Assembly (NCBI GenBank): GCA_003818605.1
Contig: RPQS01000020.1
Location: 1,433 to 65,432, forward strand
Direction of reading: 5' to 3'
Source of the DNA: Candidatus Zhuqueibacterota bacterium
GTDB lineage: Bacteria > Electryoneota > RPQS01
Length of the DNA: 64,000 nucleotides
The translations under genes and the position numbers were made by a program. The notes beneath the pieces were generated by a model. The model was not told the origin of the DNA. It was given only the letters and a program-made list of their open reading frames with translations, and searched no databases. Of this stretch, positions 18,401 to 28,122 are shown piece by piece. The number at the start of each line of letters is the position of its first letter. Position 1 is the first letter of the stretch.

Positions 18401-19705
18401 CTGCGATACGGACGATATTCGCATTACTGGGATTGGTACGACCGCGACGCCAACGGCAATTATACGTACTATTTCGACTGGACGTCGCTGCCGAATATCA
18501 ATTTGAACAATCCCGAGACGGTCAAGTACTACATTGACATGTGCAAGTACTGGATTACGGAATTCGACATTGACGGCTACCGCTGCGACGTGGCTTGGGG
18601 TCCGCAGCAGCGTTCGCCGCAGTTCTGGGTGCAGTGGCGGCAGGCGCTGAAAGAGATCAAGCCGGAATGTCTGCTGCTGGCCGAGAACGGGGCGAACGAT
18701 TTCACGATTTTTACCAATCGCTTCGATCTGGCTTTCGACTGGAATCTGCATCACGAGGGAGCGGCGAGCTTTGCCAACATGTTCCCGCAGATTCCCAATT
18801 TCAATCAGCTGAATCAACTGGTGACGAATTACAATGTCTGGTGGCCGGCCTATAAGAATCCGCTGCGCTTTATGGAAAATCACGACGAAGCGCGCTTCAT
18901 TTCGTTAAACACGGCGGTGCAGACCAAGCTGGTCTCTTCTTTTATGATGTGTCTGCCGGGAGCGGTGATGCTCTATGCCGGACAAGAAATCGGCACGACG
19001 TCCCAGCGCGGGACGATCACCTGGAGTGTAGATCCCAACGGCATGTACCCGCATTATTACCGCCTCACAAATGCCAGAAAGCTGCTGCCCGCAATGCGGA
19101 CGGGTTCGTTTACTCTGCTGGACAACAATCAGAATACATCGTGCTACAGCTTTGCCCGATATGGGGCCAACATGGATCCGGTGATTTTCGTGGGTGATTT
19201 CTCGCCGTCTTCATCGGTTGTAACCTTGACGATCAATCTGCCGCAGCTCGGACTTCATGCCGATTCGACGTATGTGGTGACCGAACTGCTCAGCGGCACC
19301 TATTATTCCACGCAAGGTTCGCAGCTTGCGTCCTTATTGACCAGTCTTTCCGGTTATCAGTCGCGGGTGTGGGTGGTTTCGGATTCGGTCATTTCGGTGG
19401 ATGTTCCGCCCGCGCAGCAGCCGTTGCCGCAAAAAACGGAACTGGGTGCGGCGTACCCGAATCCGTTCAATCCGGTCACGACTCTACCATTGGAACTGTC
19501 GTCGCCCGTGCACGTCACGCTGAAAATTTTCGACGTACTGGGACGCGAAGTTGCGATGGTGATGGACGCTCCACTGCAGGCGGGAGTTCACCAGATTGTC
19601 TGGGACAGCCGCGCTGCCGGTCGTGAAGTGGGCAGCGGAATTTATTTCGCTGTGATGCAGGCCGGCAAGACGACGCAAATTCGCAAGCTTGTGCTTCTGA
19701 AATGA
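15440..19705 (+). CDS. Multimodular GH13 alpha-amylase: 2x CBM45/53-like, CBM48, DOMON-like, Ig/PKD, GH13, T9SS CTD
   Basis: DMVLNH, DGYRCDVA, LLAE, FMENHD catalytic regions; AGAFNGW..EYKFVING..W.TDPDNP (CBM48); YPNPFNP CTD; start ATG 15440 after AAGGAG. Confidence 0.9.
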   Translation: MKRIIGFAAVLWITAGIACAQHVSWQPTSPRVGDAVTYRYDSRIGPLGPATTTIWLHWGELDPSTGSWSTPPQSIWPQGSRLHSDNVAVQSPMTRGQDSVWSVSIDFDTSLQDMAFVFTDGVSQWDNNNGHNWILNFVLPGTVSWWTPEDAQPGDTITIYYDAVPGTLPNASPNATLHWGVNESGHGNWRLPPQAIWPAGTVPVGSAAQTPMIAMGGGLFRITIITTDSVYTLHYVVTDGTNWDNNGNSNWDIELTEPPPLTYTYRIFRFDPRSAFATQFSGSVNSLNLAGAFNGWSTSANPLPNVDMYGNRWGEVRMPVGTSEYKFVINGNNWQTDPDNPLTAPGGYNNSVITLTVDSLPQFYDIQPGENSVFNTNTALHVAVKVRPGDLGPGISGSPFAVVNGMLYPQMTWNAATGDLSFDWPAQATPGGMDVTIYAADSAGRNGRRNFHYGFRDNGYMAVDPYEDLNYNAGELSDVYDLFGMTIKERANGDSLEMTVMLAGVTPALSPLILVTISCSADAFAEIPGFNGDLAVPNQSGGGVSLLLLYPQSPFYNPAVHNTLHPGGNLATPGPSVALASDGANDAFTVVMATSDLEDALGSYQTAWYYTCSTFIAAGSDQGYCQEITSAMGGVDGEEEPDCIDVLFIMAADVQTKLMHNYGLTRRATLDAPGRGLAAVTPQGIGPNILSPGPVCRVLTRGAPTYDTTQTITGRVTSSVALGQVWLVRNDVLAPVTLTGDSFVVPVILTEGENRFNVWAVDVNSDTGRSPACVFTLVIDHAPNITLATRVEAGQCVLDASATTDPEQQAVTFLWEADADNPAPVTLLNANAAVASFTRPAVLGEYYFNVTATDPDQHISRARTLFTVYADSAHGFANNECTDWVKNAMIYEIFPRSYSAQGNLDGITADLPRLADLGINCIWMMPIFEGPSDHGYEITDYYAIEQDYGAAADLHELVQAAHALGIRIVLDMVLNHTGIGHPFMQDALRYGRYSHYWDWYDRDANGNYTYYFDWTSLPNINLNNPETVKYYIDMCKYWITEFDIDGYRCDVAWGPQQRSPQFWVQWRQALKEIKPECLLLAENGANDFTIFTNRFDLAFDWNLHHEGAASFANMFPQIPNFNQLNQLVTNYNVWWPAYKNPLRFMENHDEARFISLNTAVQTKLVSSFMMCLPGAVMLYAGQEIGTTSQRGTITWSVDPNGMYPHYYRLTNARKLLPAMRTGSFTLLDNNQNTSCYSFARYGANMDPVIFVGDFSPSSSVVTLTINLPQLGLHADSTYVVTELLSGTYYSTQGSQLASLLTSLSGYQSRVWVVSDSVISVDVPPAQQPLPQKTELGAAYPNPFNPVTTLPLELSSPVHVTLKIFDVLGREVAMVMDAPLQAGVHQIVWDSRAAGREVGSGIYFAVMQAGKTTQIRKLVLLK

Positions 19706-22590
19706 ACCAACGATTGTTGAACTTTGTGTGCATTACGCTGCTTGTTTTTACAGGCGGCGTTTTTGCCGTTCCTCCGATAGCGTCTCTCCAGCAAGCATCG
19801 GACGAACTGATTATTCGCGTGAATCCGGGCGAATTCCGATCCTTCATATTGGCGAACCGTTCCGGCACTTACTTTTACGGCGCAACGGGCGGCGGATGGG
19901 ATAGCGGCTGGATGGGATTGTGGGTTGATCGGAAACGAGTGCTGACGGATTTCCGCGTGATGGATTCGCTCGGAAAACGGATGGATTTGGCGAAAGCCCG
20001 CTGCGAAATCACACCTTTTGATGTGACATGGCATTGGGACAAACCGCGCGCCGATATCTCGGTTTTCTTCCGTTCGACCGATTGCGATAGTCTGTATTAC
20101 ACGAGCCTATCCGGCTTGTGCGTGGAAGGACAGCCGTGGATACAACCGGCAGCATTCGACGACGAATTCGGACGGCGGGTTACCGAATGGCTCATCAGTT
20201 CGGACTCCCGCAGGCGGCCGCCGGCTGAATACCTGCCGGAGTTCATCCGCAGCGAACTCACGTCCACGTCTTTCCGCTGTGACGATGCGGATTTTACAAA
20301 AGCGATCGCTTGGGCGCATATCCAACTGCTCTTTTTACTTGCCGAAGACGATTCTCTTTTGTATGCCGGAATTCCGTGGTTCAATGAAGGTTGGGGGCGC
20401 GATACGTTTATTTCGCTGCCGGGTTTGCTGGTTACAGGACATATGGACGCCGCGCGAAAACTCTTAATGCGCTATGCGGCATGGGTGGATAGGAATCCGA
20501 AGAGTCCGACCTATGGCCGTATTCCCAATCGGGTGCGACCCGGCGAAGAGATCGCATTCAACACGGCGGACGGTACTCCATGGTGGATTCTTGGAGTATA
20601 CGCTTACGGCATCTCTTCCGGCGATTATACTTTGTGGTCGCATTTGGTATCCGCGCCGAACGACAGCGATCTCACGAAAGGCGCGGTAACCATAGCGCTG
20701 GAAGGCGCGTTATCCCGCACGGACAGCCTCGGTTTTTTAAAGCACGGCGATGCGGATACGTGGATGGACGCGGTCGGCCCCGCCGGGCCAGTCACGCCGC
20801 GCGGAGACCGGGCGGTGGAAATCGCGGCGCTGCACCACGCATCACTCGACGCCGCCATACGCATGGCCAGCATTCAGAAGAAAAAGTTTCCCGTTGATGT
20901 GATGAAAAAATGGCAGGAAGCGCGGGAACGCCTCGAGCGGAATTTTCTCGCATATTATTTCGATCCTTCCGAAAACCGGTTGTGGGATCATATAAACTCG
21001 AACGGAATTCCCGATTCGCAGGCGCGCTCCAATCAACTCTTTGCCTTAACGGTTCCGCTTTCGCCGCTGGTTCCGCCGCAAGTGCAGGACGAAATCGCGC
21101 GCAGGGTGTGCGGAGACCTCGTTCATTCCTACGGCGTGCTTTCGCTGAGTCCGAACGAGGATAAGTTTCATCCTTTTCATCAGGATGAGCATTATCCGAA
21201 AGACGATGCGTATCATACAGGAATCGTGTGGACGTGGCTGTCGGGTCCTGCCAAAGATGTATTGACGCGGCAGGGCAGAGCGGATTTGGCTTTGGAAATG
21301 GCGGAGTACGAAGCGCAGTTGATTTTAAAGCGTGGGTGCGCAGGCTCCTTGCCGGAGGTCACTGATGCCATGCCGCGCAAAGGAGTAAAAGAAGTTGCCC
21401 TGTCGGGAACCGTAACACAAGCGTGGAGTCTGGCCGAATTTCTGCGGACAACTTATCAGGATATATTAGGCATTCGTCCGGTATTTGTGGCCAATCGCAT
21501 TGAACCGTTCTGGCTGTTGGATCCGCGTATTCCGGAAAATTGGGGGAAGGTGGAAGCGCGGATCACGCTGGAAAGCACGCCGCTGCAGATTGCTATGCAG
21601 AATTTCGGAGATTCCACGGTGGTAGTGATTCAGGCCGATACGATACCGCGTACCCCGCTCGGAATAAAAGTATTTAATGCGGATAACGGGATCACGGGTT
21701 TTATTCACGGTACGGAACCGGTTCGGCTCACTTATCGCAAGAGCGACAGTACGGCTTTGGCCGACGGCACACCGACGGCAAAAGTTACGATGCGCGGCTG
21801 GCCGTATGATGAAGGCCCGCGCGGTCTCACTCTCGCCCCGCCGATAAAAAGGCGTGACTTCGCATGTCTGCGTCCGCCGTCCTGGGATGTATTAAAGGCA
21901 AAAGACGTCGCATATCTGAATAAATGGGATGATGTGCTTTTCGTTGTGGCCGACTCAACGCAGAACGATAGAGGTGATGGGAATTACGTCTATCCGCTGA
22001 ATGAACACTTCGAACCCGGCATTCTGGATATTCGGCGTTTTGATGTAACGGAGAGTAAAAATTCCTATAACTTTCGACTGTGGTTCAGGAATCTGGTGCA
22101 GCCGGGCTGGCATCCGGAATACGGATTTCAATTGACGTTTGCGGCGATTTGTCTGCACACACCGGGCGGCAAACGCACAGATGTTGGATCCAATTCCAAC
22201 TACGTATTTCCCGACTCCGGCAAATTCTCACGGATTATCTATGTCGGCGGCGGTTTGCGGATCGAAGACGATCAGGGCAGAGTATTGGCGACATTCACTC
22301 CACGCGCTTCGGCTGAAGCCATCGGCGACACACACGTTTATATGGTTCGTTTTGAACTTCCGAAAAAGTATTTTCCCAAAGGAACAAGAGACGGCGGTTG
22401 GACGGTGCTCGTCGGAGCGCAGGACGATCACGGCGGGGCGGGAATCGGCGAATTTCGCACCGTGAAGCCAGTTGCCGAACAATGGGCGGGAGGCGGCAAT
22501 CTGAACAATGGGCCAAACGTTTACGATATACTGCGTATTCCGGAGCGAGCCAAGCGGCCCCAAATCTATGGGAAAGTCATAGATTTCTGA
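19702..22590 (+). CDS. Secreted amylo-alpha-1,6-glucosidase (GDE_C/GH133-like) fused to a glucodextranase-type DOMON domain
   Basis: AGIPWF..WGRDTFISLPG, NTADGT.W, TWMD, YH.G.VWTWL, QAWSLAE; C-terminal DRGDGNYVYP...GAQDDHGG; N-terminal signal peptide. Confidence 0.85.
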   Translation: MNQRLLNFVCITLLVFTGGVFAVPPIASLQQASDELIIRVNPGEFRSFILANRSGTYFYGATGGGWDSGWMGLWVDRKRVLTDFRVMDSLGKRMDLAKARCEITPFDVTWHWDKPRADISVFFRSTDCDSLYYTSLSGLCVEGQPWIQPAAFDDEFGRRVTEWLISSDSRRRPPAEYLPEFIRSELTSTSFRCDDADFTKAIAWAHIQLLFLLAEDDSLLYAGIPWFNEGWGRDTFISLPGLLVTGHMDAARKLLMRYAAWVDRNPKSPTYGRIPNRVRPGEEIAFNTADGTPWWILGVYAYGISSGDYTLWSHLVSAPNDSDLTKGAVTIALEGALSRTDSLGFLKHGDADTWMDAVGPAGPVTPRGDRAVEIAALHHASLDAAIRMASIQKKKFPVDVMKKWQEARERLERNFLAYYFDPSENRLWDHINSNGIPDSQARSNQLFALTVPLSPLVPPQVQDEIARRVCGDLVHSYGVLSLSPNEDKFHPFHQDEHYPKDDAYHTGIVWTWLSGPAKDVLTRQGRADLALEMAEYEAQLILKRGCAGSLPEVTDAMPRKGVKEVALSGTVTQAWSLAEFLRTTYQDILGIRPVFVANRIEPFWLLDPRIPENWGKVEARITLESTPLQIAMQNFGDSTVVVIQADTIPRTPLGIKVFNADNGITGFIHGTEPVRLTYRKSDSTALADGTPTAKVTMRGWPYDEGPRGLTLAPPIKRRDFACLRPPSWDVLKAKDVAYLNKWDDVLFVVADSTQNDRGDGNYVYPLNEHFEPGILDIRRFDVTESKNSYNFRLWFRNLVQPGWHPEYGFQLTFAAICLHTPGGKRTDVGSNSNYVFPDSGKFSRIIYVGGGLRIEDDQGRVLATFTPRASAEAIGDTHVYMVRFELPKKYFPKGTRDGGWTVLVGAQDDHGGAGIGEFRTVKPVAEQWAGGGNLNNGPNVYDILRIPERAKRPQIYGKVIDF

Positions 22591-22611
22591 ACTCCTTAAC
22601 ACGGAAATGCG

Positions 22612-23679
22612 ATGGCACAAATCGAACTTCATAACGTTCAGAAGAACTTCGGTACGAACGCCGTTATTCACGACATCACCTTCGCGGTGAAAAACGGTGA
22701 ATTCGTGGTGCTGGTCGGACCTTCCGGCTGCGGGAAGTCCACGATTCTGCGTTTGATTGCCGGTCTGGAAACTCCCACGGCCGGCGAGATCAGCATTGGC
22801 GGCCGCGTCATGAACGATGTGCCGGCCCGCGACCGCGATATCGCAATGGTGTTCCAGAGCTATGCCCTTTATCCGCATATGACCGTGTTCGAGAATATGG
22901 CTTTTGCGCTGAAGATGCGAAAACTTTCAAAGCCGGAGATCGAACAGCGGGTTCGCGAAGCGGCGGATTTCCTGGGATTGGCTGATCTTCTTCAGCGCAA
23001 GCCGAAGCAGCTTTCGGGCGGTCAGCGGCAGCGCGTGGCTTTGGGCCGGGCGCTGGTTCGCAAACCACAGGTCTTCTTGTTTGATGAGCCGCTCTCGAAT
23101 TTGGACGCGAAACTGCGGACGCATACGCGTACGGAGTTAGCCCGTTTGCACAAGCAGCTTGCGGCCACGATGGTGTATGTGACGCACGATCAGGTGGAAG
23201 CGATGACACTGGGACAGCGCATCGTCGTTTTGAAGGACGGAGCCATTCAACAGGTGGACACGCCGCTGAATGTCTACCGCCGTCCCGCCAACCGGTTTGT
23301 CGCGGGATTCATCGGATCTCCCGCCATGAATTTTGTGCGCGGGGAGAAGCGCGACCGCGAATACGTTTCAGCAGGAATTCGTTTTCCGCTTCCCGACTCC
23401 GTGCGAAACGTTTCGGGAAAAGAGATCGTATTGGGATTGCGACCCGAGCAGCTTCGCATCGGAAAAGCGGGCGACGGCTGCGTGAATTTCAACGTGTTCG
23501 TGGAAGTGGTCGAGCCGCTGGGAAACGAGCTTTTAATCTATGGCCGCGTGAACGACGAGCGGCTGGTAATTCGGGCCGAAGCCGGAGCTGAAATCGTTCC
23601 GGACGACCGGCCGTCCATTTGGTTTGATCCACAGCAGGTTCATTATTTCGATGGAGCGACCGATGTGTCTCTTCGCTAA
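22612..23679 (+). CDS. malK: Sugar ABC transporter ATPase (MalK/MsmX)
   Basis: GPSGCGKS, FQSYALYPHM, LSGGQRQR, DEPLSNLD, FIGSPAMN. Confidence 0.95.
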   Translation: MAQIELHNVQKNFGTNAVIHDITFAVKNGEFVVLVGPSGCGKSTILRLIAGLETPTAGEISIGGRVMNDVPARDRDIAMVFQSYALYPHMTVFENMAFALKMRKLSKPEIEQRVREAADFLGLADLLQRKPKQLSGGQRQRVALGRALVRKPQVFLFDEPLSNLDAKLRTHTRTELARLHKQLAATMVYVTHDQVEAMTLGQRIVVLKDGAIQQVDTPLNVYRRPANRFVAGFIGSPAMNFVRGEKRDREYVSAGIRFPLPDSVRNVSGKEIVLGLRPEQLRIGKAGDGCVNFNVFVEVVEPLGNELLIYGRVNDERLVIRAEAGAEIVPDDRPSIWFDPQQVHYFDGATDVSLR

Positions 23680-25999
23680 AAGATTCATACTTTCCGCCAT
23701 TGCGCTGCTCGCGTGTGTTTTTTACTTGCCGAATGCGCGTGCCGGGGATTTGTATTTAAATCTGATCTGGCATCAGCATCAACCGCTTTATCTCGATCCG
23801 CAGTCGGATCAGCTTCGCGGCCCGTGGGTGCGCACCCACGGCACGAAAGACTATTTCGATATGGCGGCGCTGCACCGCAATTTTCCCGAAATCCACGCGA
23901 CGATTAATTTGACATCTTCTCTACTCATGCAACTGCAGACATACTATGTGGATCGCATCGGGCCGTATTTGTATTACAACACGGACGGCTATTGGGCGGT
24001 TCACGCGGATAGTTTTCTGGTCCGGTGGGCCGGAAAAACCGATCCGTGGATTGATTTGGCTTTGCGTCCGTCGGCTTCGTTCGATTCGGCGGATCGGGCT
24101 AAGCTCCTGACCGATCCGTGGAATGCCTTCGGAATTTCATCTGTGCAAATGGCTCGCTTCCCCGAATACGAAGCGCTGCGCGACAAAGCCCGGTCAGGGA
24201 CGTTGAGCACGGATGAATTGACCGCCGTGAAAGCGTGGTTTTTCCTCGCGCATTTCGATCCGGACTTTTTACGGGGCACGGCTCAGCTTGACCCGAATTT
24301 AACCAAGCTAATCAAAAGGCAGCACTCTCAAAGCGGCACAACCGATCCGAATTTCCGACCTGATACCATGCGGATTGAAGTGAATCTTACGGATCTACTT
24401 GCGGAGCGCGACGGAAAGTTCTACCTTAGGCATTCACTGACGGAAAAGGACGCGAACCGTCTGGTCGCTGATGCGGTGCGCGTTATACGGCGGGTGATTC
24501 CCGAGCACCGCGCGCTAATGTACGATCCCGCCACGGGCAAAGGGCAGTTGGAAATCATTACGACGCCGTTTTACCATCCTATTCTGCCGCTGCTTATTGA
24601 CAGCGACGCGGCGCGGACGTGCCAGCCGAAAGATTCTCTGCCGACGCGCTTCGCCTTTCCGCAGGACGCGCACGCGCAGGTCGTCAAGAGTGTACAGTAC
24701 TATACAAAGACTTTCAGCCGCGCGCCGAACGGGATGTGGCCCGCGGAGGGTTCCATATCCGAAGCGGCGGCGGATGTTTTTTCCGGCGCAGGCATTAACT
24801 GGATCTGCGGCGACATGCAGGTGCTGCAGCGTTCGCTGCCGTCCGGTTTGCCGTTAGCCGCTTCGTATCGCGTGCGAACGGCGGCGGACAAGGATATTGC
24901 CGTTGTCTTTCGCGAGACACACCTTTCGGATCACATCGGATTTACCTATCAAAACATGAATCCCGATTCTGCGGCAGAGCATTTTCTGGCCGGAGTGCTG
25001 GCTTATCGCCCGGGTAAAGACGAGCCGGATCGTTTGCTGACCGTGATTCTGGACGGAGAAAATGCGTGGGAATGGTACACGCAGGATATGGACGGCAAGC
25101 GATTTCTGCGGAATCTGTATACGGAATTAGCGAAAGCGCGCGAACAAAAATTAGCGACATGTGTAACTCCTACGGAATATTTCAAGGGAAATTCTGCGCG
25201 CGGAGTGGCCGCTCATCCAATTGAGTCGCTCGCGGCGATTACAAAGCTCTGGCCCGGTTCGTGGATCAACGCGAATTATGATACGTGGATCGGCGAAAAG
25301 GAAGAAAATCGCGGCTGGGAATACTTGCTGAGAACACGGCAGGATTTGGAGAAGAGTGGACTGCCTGAGCCGGATCCGGCGGCGGATGCGCCGAAGAGCG
25401 GGAAGGACTTGGCGATTTGGCAAGCCTACGAATCCATGTATGCGGCGGAAGGTTCCGACTGGTTCTGGTGGTATGGTGCGGATCAAACGGCTCCGGGCGG
25501 GGATTTGCCGTTTGAAGACGCATTCTTCAGCCACATGCGCGCGGTTTATCAACGCATGGCGGAAGCCGGAGTGAACATTGCACCACCGCCATTCGAACCG
25601 ATTCTGAGTGCGGCGAAAAAACAGCAGCAGGGCGGAGGTGTGATGGCGAAAGGAACCGGACTTGCCGCTAAGGTAAAATTCGTCTGCGACGCTTCCGCGC
25701 AAAACGTGACACGTGCCATATATATTGCCGGGAATCTGCCCGAACTTGGAGCGTGGCGGCCTAATACGATTCTCATGTACGATGACGGGACGCACGGAGA
25801 CGAGACCGCGCGCGACGGACGCTGGACACTCGAAATCGAAATTCCCTTGGGCAGCGAGGTGCAATACAAGTATACGAATTCGGGCGAGCCCGGTGTGTGG
25901 GTGCCCTCCGAGGAGTTCGCTTTTAAAAACAGGTCTTTTTCGGTTGATTCTCCGAGTGATGAAGTGATCTTACGCAAAGACGTATTCGGTCAGGAGTGA
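23663..25999 (+). CDS. GH57 amylopullulanase-like enzyme with signal peptide and C-terminal CBM20
   Basis: WHQHQP, TTPFYHPILPL, WPAEGS, LDGENAWE, AEGSDWFWW; CBM20 IYIAGNLPELGAW...VQYKY; start ATG 23663 after GGAG. Confidence 0.9.
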   Translation: MCLFAKRFILSAIALLACVFYLPNARAGDLYLNLIWHQHQPLYLDPQSDQLRGPWVRTHGTKDYFDMAALHRNFPEIHATINLTSSLLMQLQTYYVDRIGPYLYYNTDGYWAVHADSFLVRWAGKTDPWIDLALRPSASFDSADRAKLLTDPWNAFGISSVQMARFPEYEALRDKARSGTLSTDELTAVKAWFFLAHFDPDFLRGTAQLDPNLTKLIKRQHSQSGTTDPNFRPDTMRIEVNLTDLLAERDGKFYLRHSLTEKDANRLVADAVRVIRRVIPEHRALMYDPATGKGQLEIITTPFYHPILPLLIDSDAARTCQPKDSLPTRFAFPQDAHAQVVKSVQYYTKTFSRAPNGMWPAEGSISEAAADVFSGAGINWICGDMQVLQRSLPSGLPLAASYRVRTAADKDIAVVFRETHLSDHIGFTYQNMNPDSAAEHFLAGVLAYRPGKDEPDRLLTVILDGENAWEWYTQDMDGKRFLRNLYTELAKAREQKLATCVTPTEYFKGNSARGVAAHPIESLAAITKLWPGSWINANYDTWIGEKEENRGWEYLLRTRQDLEKSGLPEPDPAADAPKSGKDLAIWQAYESMYAAEGSDWFWWYGADQTAPGGDLPFEDAFFSHMRAVYQRMAEAGVNIAPPPFEPILSAAKKQQQGGGVMAKGTGLAAKVKFVCDASAQNVTRAIYIAGNLPELGAWRPNTILMYDDGTHGDETARDGRWTLEIEIPLGSEVQYKYTNSGEPGVWVPSEEFAFKNRSFSVDSPSDEVILRKDVFGQE

Positions 26000-27231
26000 G
26001 TGTGCGATTCGTAATGCGATTCCTGATACTATTGCTGATTCTCGCATTCACCGGTTGCCGCCGTGATGATGGAATCGTGCGGCTCCAGCTTTGGAATCAG
26101 ATGCTGCCGGAGGATCGCGCACTGCTGGAATCACTGGTCAAATCCTACGAAGCGATTCATCAAAACGTACGCGTGGAAGTGATCTACAAGGAGACGGAGG
26201 ACCTCCGTTCGTCCTTTCAAACCGCTTCGTTGGCCGGATTGGGGCCGGATTTGATCTTCGGACCGTCGGACCAAATCGGTCCGTTTGCCACCATGGGTTT
26301 TGTGCGTTCGCTCGAAGACCTGATTGACGCGAAAAGGATGAGCGAACTCGATTCGGTCGCCTTAGTGAGTTTTCGCGGCCATATCTACCAAATTGCCGAC
26401 CGCGTGGGAAACCATCTCACTTTCGTGTGGAACACGAAGCTTTTATCTCATGCTCCCGAAAATACGGATGAGATGATTGAGATGGGACGCGAAGCGACCA
26501 AGGATCTCAACGGCGACGGCAAAGTGGATCAGTGGGGCATCGTCTGGAATTTCACGGAACCGTATTTTTTCATTCCGTGGCTGTCCGGCTTCGGAGGCTG
26601 GGTATTCGACGCGAACGGCAAACCGACGCTCAACACTCCGGCAGCGGCCAACGCTTTCAAATTCGTGAAATCGCTTCGCGACCAGTATAAAATCATTCCG
26701 CCGGACTGCGATTACAACATGGCCGACGTGCTATTCAAAGAGGGACGGGCGGCAATGCTGGTCAACGGGCCGTGGTCCTGGACAGGCTACGAACGGGGCG
26801 GTGTGCCGTTCGAACTGGCGCGCATTCCACGCATTTCCGCTACGGGTTTATGGCCCGCGCCGATGGTTTCGCCGATGGGATATTCGATCAGCGCGAACAG
26901 TAAAGGAAAGCGGCTGCCCGAAGCGGTGAGGCTTCTTGAATATCTGATTTCGGATTCCGTGCAAAAAAGATTCGTGAGTGAGATCGGCGTGATTCCGTCC
27001 AGCCGAGTTCTTCGCGCGGATACGGCATTGCTGTCTCGTCCGCACATGGCAAACAGTCTTGCTCAATTGGAAGTCGGAAAACCCATGCCCATCGAGCCGG
27101 AACTGCGCGCGGTTTGGGATGCCATGCGGCCGGCTTATCAATCCGTTTTAGGCGGGACAATGTCGCCCGAAAACGCTGCCGTGCGTATGCAGAAGGATGC
27201 CGAAAACAAGATCCGGGAGATGAATGAATAA
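25996..27231 (+). CDS. malE: Maltodextrin-type ABC solute-binding lipoprotein (MalE-like)
   Basis: Lipobox LAFTGC; GPDL, F..GRAAMLVNGPW, PMP..PE..AVW; context. Confidence 0.85.
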   Translation: MSVRFVMRFLILLLILAFTGCRRDDGIVRLQLWNQMLPEDRALLESLVKSYEAIHQNVRVEVIYKETEDLRSSFQTASLAGLGPDLIFGPSDQIGPFATMGFVRSLEDLIDAKRMSELDSVALVSFRGHIYQIADRVGNHLTFVWNTKLLSHAPENTDEMIEMGREATKDLNGDGKVDQWGIVWNFTEPYFFIPWLSGFGGWVFDANGKPTLNTPAAANAFKFVKSLRDQYKIIPPDCDYNMADVLFKEGRAAMLVNGPWSWTGYERGGVPFELARIPRISATGLWPAPMVSPMGYSISANSKGKRLPEAVRLLEYLISDSVQKRFVSEIGVIPSSRVLRADTALLSRPHMANSLAQLEVGKPMPIEPELRAVWDAMRPAYQSVLGGTMSPENAAVRMQKDAENKIREMNE

Positions 27232-28102
27232 CGACAAACGCTTCGCGATGGCGTTAATCATTCCCGCGGCCATTATCATTGCGGCCGTGGTCGTATACCC
27301 GTTTGTGTACAATCTGGTGCTCTCGTTTTCCAATATGAGCCTGCTGCACATTCGGGATTGGCAGATCATCGGCCCGCGGCAATATGAGAAAGTGTTTACC
27401 GAACCGCGCTTCTACGGAATCCTCTGGAAAACGCTGCTATGGACGGTGGTCAACGTGACGTTTCACGTGACGATTGGTATGGCCTTAGCTTTAGTATTGT
27501 ATGAAAAGGTGCCGGGAAAAAAGCTGTTCCGGACTCTGCTGATTCTGCCGTGGGCGATTCCGCCGGTCGTAACCGCGCTCACATGGCGCGGGATGTTCCA
27601 CTATGAATACGGCGCGGTGAATCTGATCCTTGCCAAAGTGCTTCATCAGACGCCGATTCAGTGGCTGAACGATCCCGTCGGCACTTTTGCGGCTTGCATC
27701 ATGACCAACGTCTGGTTGGGATTTCCATTCATGATGATTGTTGCCCTCGGTGGATTGCAAAGCATTCCGCACGATCTCTACGAGGCCGCTACAATGGACG
27801 GCGCAAACGCCTGGCAGCGGTTTAAGACGGTCACGCTGCCGATGCTGAAGCCTGTGATGACACCCGCCATCGTATTGGGTTTTGTCTGGACTTTCAATAA
27901 GGTGGATATTGTTTGGCTGGTGTCGAACGGCGGCGAACCCGCCGACAGCACGCATATTCTCGTGTCGTATGTCTACCGCGCCGCGTTTAATTTGTACCGC
28001 TACGGTTATGCCGCGGCGTTTTCAGTGATTATTTTTCTGATCCTCATGGCATTTTCTTTGGTTTTCATGCGCATGCAGCGCGAGAAAGCCACACCCGCGT
28101 AA
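27224..28102 (+). CDS. malF: Sugar ABC permease (MalF-like)
   Basis: LILPWAIP, WLGFPFMM, EAA motif YEAATMDGA. Confidence 0.9.
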   Translation: MNNDKRFAMALIIPAAIIIAAVVVYPFVYNLVLSFSNMSLLHIRDWQIIGPRQYEKVFTEPRFYGILWKTLLWTVVNVTFHVTIGMALALVLYEKVPGKKLFRTLLILPWAIPPVVTALTWRGMFHYEYGAVNLILAKVLHQTPIQWLNDPVGTFAACIMTNVWLGFPFMMIVALGGLQSIPHDLYEAATMDGANAWQRFKTVTLPMLKPVMTPAIVLGFVWTFNKVDIVWLVSNGGEPADSTHILVSYVYRAAFNLYRYGYAAAFSVIIFLILMAFSLVFMRMQREKATPA

Positions 28103-28122
28103 ACCAACGCGAGATCGTTTCT

